Source: the human T2T-CHM13v2.0 reference genome, Homo sapiens. Taken from it: a stretch of 64,000 nt of DNA. A program made the translations under genes and the position numbers. Of the stretch, positions 57,845 to 64,000 are shown piece after piece (within the stretch, counting starts at the first letter, position 1; every line of letters starts with the position of its first letter). A model generated the notes under the pieces. The model saw only the letters and a program-made list of their open reading frames with translations. It searched no databases and was not told the DNA's origin. The DNA is taken from NCBI RefSeq assembly GCF_009914755.1, contig NC_060936.1. One strand, given 5' to 3'.

Positions 57845-59031
57845 CTAAAATGTATCTGCTTACTAAAAACTATTTCTTCTTTTGCACTACTTGGAACTTC
57901 CTTGTCAGTTTAAGCTGGTTTAGGTTAGCCAGCTAGCCAAAAGTTTTTTTTTAAATGTAAAATATAAAAATATGTTATGAGTTATAAATAATATGGAAGC
58001 TATAATAGAATCCAGACGCTGAGTAACTATTTATTGAGTGTTTAGTGCTTTCTAGCATGCAGAAATGGCCAGGGAAATATGTCCTCTGACATGTTAACAG
58101 CTAACATTTTATCCTCATGTGTGTGGAGGTAAGGGGCGTTGCATATAGTAGTTTGGATAACAGCATCCCCTGTCACTTCAAGTTATACTTTTTAAAAATT
58201 GTAAAGCATTCTTATATTTGAAATCATATAATCATATTCTTCTGAGAACATTTCATAAAATAAGCCATATAAAGAGCCCTGTTCTACTCTGAGACCCCTT
58301 TAAAAATTTTAGCAGTTTTAAATTTAGTCTCAAGTAATTCAGCAAGTTTAAAAAAATTGTTCTAGCCAACAAGAGCTATAATAGGCACTTAATAATTGCC
58401 AACATGGTAAATATAATATCAATAGCTTGAAGAAGCACTGACTTTTGGCTTTCTGACTAAATTTGTGTCTCCAAAGGTAAAATGGTAATTTAACAACAAG
58501 TCAGCCCCCAACTTACAAATAAGATGTGTTAGAAAAAGTTGTATAATATTGAGTTGGGTATGAATTACATTTATTTTTATTGTTTTTTTCTAGAAAACTT
58601 AAAAGATAAGTGTAAGCAATAAAATATAGATAAGTTTAGAAGTAAAGAAAATCACAAAATACCAACTTGCTAAACATAGAAGTCAATAACATTGCTGTAA
58701 TTGAACTTCAGTTTTAGCTCCGTTTCCCATTGTAAAAGGGAAATATAAGTTACCATGCTGTCAGAAAGAAGAGGCATTTTGGTTTATCCGGAGAGACAGT
58801 TTTTCCTTGAATAGAATTTCTCATGTGGGTTTTTATTTAGGAACACTGGGTGGTATAATAGACAATTTGCTGTACAAAATTTTTGCAGCTAAATAGGCAG
58901 GCTTCCTTTGGTTTTTTATTACAGCTGTCTTTGGAAAAAATCTAAGAGAGTAACATTGAACTCATCTTAATATAGGTGATTCTTAGAGGTCCTAAACTAA
59001 TGTGATCCTTCTAGTGGTTAAATGTTCTGTT

Positions 59032-59388
<357 letters not shown>

Positions 59389-60559
59389 CTAAGAACTGTT
59401 ATTAGGACATGGAGAAAATGAAGGTGAGACATAGGTTTTTCCTATCATATTTTCTTGTAAATGTGATTACTATCTTCCAGATCTACTACTGATTGTCTGC
59501 CTGCTACTGTTACCTCTTAATATGTTAAATATAACCTGGGATGCTTCTAATCCTTCTTTCCTTGACTCTCTCTCCAGAAAAAGTCCTCCATGACTTCTTT
59601 TCTCAATACTGTAATTACTGATGTAGTTATTTTGATTGTGTTTTATAGTCATAGCAGTGAGACTGCCTTACAACAATATTGTCTAAATTAAGTAAATGCA
59701 ATAGCCAATATTAGACTGGTTTTGACCTTCAGAATGGCAACGCCAAGGATTCATCCCCATGTTGTAATTATGATTTTTAAACGTATTATAATCAAAAACA
59801 CAGTATTAAAAGGGATACATGGGGTTTTTCAGTCATGCAACAAATATTTTACTCTGTGCTCCATAAACACCTACTATGTGTTAAGCATTATTCTCTATGC
59901 CAGGGAGATGATTGATATGATAGTAAACAAGAGAATTACACGTGTGGAATGCAGTTTACTCCCAGAAAGGGAAAGATTGAATAAAGCAGTAGGTTACCCA
60001 GAATTGCAGAAATATTTAGGCACCAAGGAGTAATGGAAAGGCTAAATATGTACAGGATGATATATGTGATAGGAGCTTGGCATACGGCCTGAGCACATAA
60101 ATGCTTAATAAATTTTAATTGTGCCAGTTGCTTTTGTTGCTGTCACTATGCCAATTGTGGGATAAGGTAGGGATGCAAATCAGAATAAAAATGTTCAACA
60201 GGTATGAATAAAAATACAGCCCATGAAGGAAGTTGGAAAATTAGTCCAAGTAGGAAAATTCTCCCTGGGTCAGAGCTAAGGAGAATTCAGTGCTGCGGAA
60301 GCCAAGAATGTAAAGATTTCCAGTCGTCAAAAGCTGCGTAGACATCAACAGTATGAGAAAGAAACAGAGATCATTAATGTGGCAATGATGAGAATATTGA
60401 TTGACCTTTAAGAAAGCAGTTTCAGTAGCATGATTGGTGTGGACTCTCTGGAGGAGTTTGGCAGAAGGAGAAAGATGAAAGAGCGGAGGGAAGAAGTGTG
60501 CTTTTTAAATTTGAGGACTTAACAATATTTACAAGCTTTCAGAATAGTTAAATGGATTA

Positions 60560-60710
60560 CATTAAGTTATCTATTGCTGCATAAGAAATCATCCCAAAAT
60601 ACAGTGTTTAAAACAACAATAAATGTTTCTGTGGGTCAGGAAATTGCTACAGTTTAGCTGGATGACTGCCTCAAGATTGTTGGATACCATCTTGGGGGCT
60701 GGCTACCACA
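60560..60710 (-). mobile_element. Internally deleted MLT1 (G/H-like) LTR
   Basis: ttatctattgctgcataa...tttctgtgggtcaggaa joined to ccatcttgggggctggctaccaca (both LTR ends within ~150 bp). Confidence 0.7.
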
Positions 60711-61553
60711 GGTGGTTGAGAGAAGACGTCAGATGATTTAAGTTATTTCAGTAAATTAGAAAGTAAGATTATCTGCTGGGACTTGTTCGAAGCTTAAGAA
60801 TAGTTGAAAAATCAGTAGCTTCTCTGTGGCTGGGGGACATTAATCAGAGAGGGATAGGATTGTCAAATAGCATTGTTTTAGATACATCCGAGACATTGCT
60901 CCACAGAGAGTTATAACAGGTTACCAGTAATGTTTGCACAAAATGTTTTCTCCTCCAGTGTTACATGAGAAAACGGAGTTATTTTTGCCTAACTTCTAGC
61001 TCTTAACCTTCCCTGTAATTTAAAAAAGTCAAAGATGCCAGTGATTTTTTAAAAAGTGATGCCATATATTTAATGTAATTGGCAAGAATAGAGGATAAAG
61101 ATTGGAATGCTAAACTCTTGAATAGATAACATTTTATTCTCATTTATGAAAGAAACCTAAATTTCATTAGATACAACAAGAATAAGAGATAAGAACATAT
61201 TAGTCTGTATTTATAAATTCATGATCTTTGTAGCAATATCCAAAAATCCTGTAGAATAAAAACGTTTCTCCATAAAATATTTTCTCTGTAAAAAACATGT
61301 CTAAAGTTGTATGATTGATTTTTCTCCAGTAAAAAGGAATGGAGGAGTATTTCAATAATTTGTATATCTGAAACAGTTGATAGAAAGGTTGCCTGGATAG
61401 CTTTGAATTATCTAATTATATGTATATATTGTGTTTACTTATTTTTGTATATCAGCAGATTATCCTGGGCAATGGGATCACTGTTCTGTTACATTTTCCT
61501 CTATATGTTATTACATTTTTAAAAAAGAAAAAAGGCCACAAATAATTATTATT

Positions 61554-61648
61554 ATTATTATTTTTTTACTTTTTAATTTTCTTTTTTTTTTAATTTTTTT
61601 TTTTATTATACTCTAAGTTTTAGGGTACATGTGCACATTGTGCAGGTT
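61554..61648 (-). mobile_element. Extremely 5'-truncated L1HS-type insertion (44-nt body plus A-rich tail)
   Basis: Reverse strand aacctgcacaatgtgcacatgtaccctaaaacttaGagtataat; perfect 16-bp TSD acaaataattattatt at 61538-61553 and 61649-61664. Confidence 0.92.
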
Positions 61649-61681
61649 ACAAATAATTATTATTTATTGAAAAAGAAACTA

Positions 61682-61936
61682 CAGTTGACCCTTGAACAAC
61701 ACAGATTTGAACTGCGCTGGTCCACTTATATGTGGATTTTTTTTCTAACCAAAAGAGGATTGAAAATACAGTATTCTCAGGATGCAAAATCTGCATATAC
61801 TAAGGGCTGACTTTTCACATACATGGGCTCTGCAAGGACTTGCATATGCACTGATTTGGGTTTACACGGGGGTGATGATTTGGATATAGGCAGGTGGTCC
61901 TGAAACCGAATTCCCGAGCATGCTGAGGGATGACTG
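61682..61936. mobile_element. MER8 (Tigger2-derived MITE)
   Basis: TA|cagttgacccttgaacaacac...gctgagggatgactg|TA. Confidence 0.85.
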
Positions 61937-62761
61937 TATATGTGAATAAGACTTAAATTATATTTCCAAACTTGGGATGGAATCAAACATTTTAGTAACA
62001 ATTCTGTTGATTACACTTCTATTTTTAATCTTGTAGGACTGTATTTATTTTTTATTTTTGTGTTTGAATATGTGTGTGTGTATGTGTGTTGTTTTGGGAA
62101 ACAATTATAAAAGATTTGTGAATTATTTGGATGTATGCTATTCCAAATACTCCTGTTTCCCTTCTTTTTTTTTTTTTAAGTTCTTCCCTTGAATTGGCAA
62201 TCATAATTTACAGAGATTTGTTACTATACATTGAATACTTATAGGTTACCTGTTATTATTTTAAAAGCATGCTAATATAACATTTTACATATGCCTTTAT
62301 TTTTAAAATATGGTTAAATTGCTTTTAATCTTAGGCTTTAATTGATTTTTTTCCCATGGATTTTTCAGAGGGGAAGGTTATTCTCTGTACCTAATGTATA
62401 GGCTCAATTTCTGGTGTCATTCAGAGAAAAATAACTGATACAAGATCTTTATATAATTGGTTTTGGTGTGGGTATGGATGGGGGAGTCATTTAAAAAGTA
62501 GGAACAATAGAAGTACCTTTCTGGTTTTGTCAAGCATACCATAAAACAACAGTTAATACTTTCAAAACAATTTTCTTCTTTCTAAAAAACAATTTCACAC
62601 AAAAGATGAGTTGATAGAAGAATTGTAGATAGATGTGTGGTAAACAAATACAATGTTATGTAATTACAAAACCTAAATGATGAGTATAGATGTTAACCAT
62701 ACAATTAATTCAACTTTTAACTAGAAACTTTTCATAATAAAATGCTGGAAACTGCTCCCAT

Positions 62762-62781
62762 CCCCACCCCACCCCACCCCC
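62762..62781 (-). other. G-quadruplex-forming motif G5TG4TG4TG4
   Basis: ccccaccccaccccaccccc on the + strand. Confidence 0.75.
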
Positions 62782-63005
62782 AAAAAAAGAAAAAGAAACA
62801 ATTTCACACAGAGAAAGTCCAAGAAACTCTCCAATTGCTTTTTTCTCTTTTCTTTTTTTTTTTAAGCTTTGAGTAAATGCTTTCATCAATCATATGTGTT
62901 CATGGAATGCAGTTGTAATTTCTACATAAAATGAAGTTAATTGTCTTTAAATAGTTGTTAGCCACATTTCCAGATGAAATGCCCAATACTTCCTGAGAAA
63001 AGTTA

Positions 63006-63127
63006 TCAGTTAACTGACGTCATCTAGCTTGCAGTCTGCGTCATTAAGTTTGACAGAGGTATGAAAATGAAACATAGATGTATGCTAGAGCCCCGGTTGT
63101 GGACAAGCTATGTCATTCATGACTCAT
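63006..63127. promoter_or_regulatory. Candidate enhancer motif cluster (MYB palindrome, CRE, half-CRE, AP-1)
   Basis: TCAGTTAACTGA 63006-63017, TGACGTCA 63015-63022, TGCGTCA 63037-63043, ATGACTCAT 63119-63127 in unique sequence. Confidence 0.5.
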
Positions 63128-63444
63128 TTTAAACAATACAACTTTAGATGTTTTATAAAGCCAAATTGTAGTTAGAATTTATAGTTAGCATGTTAAAAGC
63201 TATGGTGTGCACTATTTCTATGAATGTACATTAATATCTTTAATCCCTTCTCCATAAGAGATTGTGACCTTTGGGTTGATTCCATTTTTTGTGCTGCTTT
63301 TAAAAAGAAAACTGAAAAGTTGAGTCGTTTATTATTGGTTCCTGTGTGAAATGCAGACCTAGACAAATTGTTGAAATTTATTTGTAATCTATTGTCTAGC
63401 AAATTATGTGAATTTTAACAGAAAGCGTAATTCCTTCATTAAAA

Positions 63445-64000
63445 ATATCTGAACTCAATAAGAAAACAGACAACCCAATTAAAATATGAGCAAATGATTT
63501 GAACAGACACTTTGTCAAAGAAAACACACAGATGGCAAATGAACATGCAAAAAAAATGCTTAACACGTTTGTCTGTAGGGAATTGCAAATTAAATAACAG
63601 TGAGATACTACTACACACCCATTAAAATGGCTAAAATTCAAAAAACTGGCCATACCAACTGCTGGCAAGATTGTGAATCAACAGGAGCTCTTATTCATTG
63701 TGGTTGGAATGCAAAATTGGAAGACATTTTGGCAGTCTCTTACTGAAGTTAAACATAGTCTTACCATATGATTCTGCAGTCATGCTCCTAGGTATTTCCC
63801 CAAATCAGTTGAAAACATGTCCACACAAAAACCAGCACTTGAATGTCTATAGCAGCTTTATTCATAGTTGCCAAAACTGGAAGCAACCAAGATGTTTTTC
63901 AGTGGGTGAATGAATAAATAAACTGTGGTATATCCAAATAATGGAATATTATTCAGCAGTAAGAAGAAATGGGCTGTCAAGCTACAAAAATGACATAAAT
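63445..64000 (+). mobile_element. L1MC-like LINE fragment running off the window end
   Basis: aactcaataagaaaacagacaacccaattaaaa...agggaattgcaaattaaa...gccaaaactggaagcaaccaagatg. Confidence 0.88.

Overview
Human non-coding DNA: AT-rich, CpG-poor and dense in repeats. Human origin is indicated by an AluYb8 and an L1HS-type 3' end. I find no protein-coding exon, CpG island or promoter, so the window most likely lies inside one long intron. A + strand host is suggested by the apparent T-richness and by most LTRs lying on the - strand; this is an impression, not a count, and I cannot name the gene. The ORF track is essentially spurious: Alu-, L1- and low-complexity-derived frames, plus real but broken Hsmar2 transposase and L1 ORF2 remnants. 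Supported content: 17 Alu/FLAM copies or fragments, a full-length 7SL retropseudogene and a probable second ancient 7SL fragment, a near full-length Hsmar2 mariner, Tigger3/MER8/MER82/MER58A/MER5 DNA transposons, MSTA/MLT1/MER93-like LTRs, old L1M, L2 and MIR fragments, and microsatellites. Repeat subfamily names come from my recollection of consensus sequences and need RepeatMasker/Dfam confirmation; boundaries of old repeats are approximate. I did not find a novel biological system. The most notable items are a 44-nt L1HS insertion with a perfect 16-bp TSD and patterned tail, a young AluYb8, five separate template-switch micro-inversions (two at AluY 5' ends), an apparent inversion involving an MLT1 LTR, a candidate recursive splice site, a CTCF motif and a MYB/CRE/AP-1 motif cluster.
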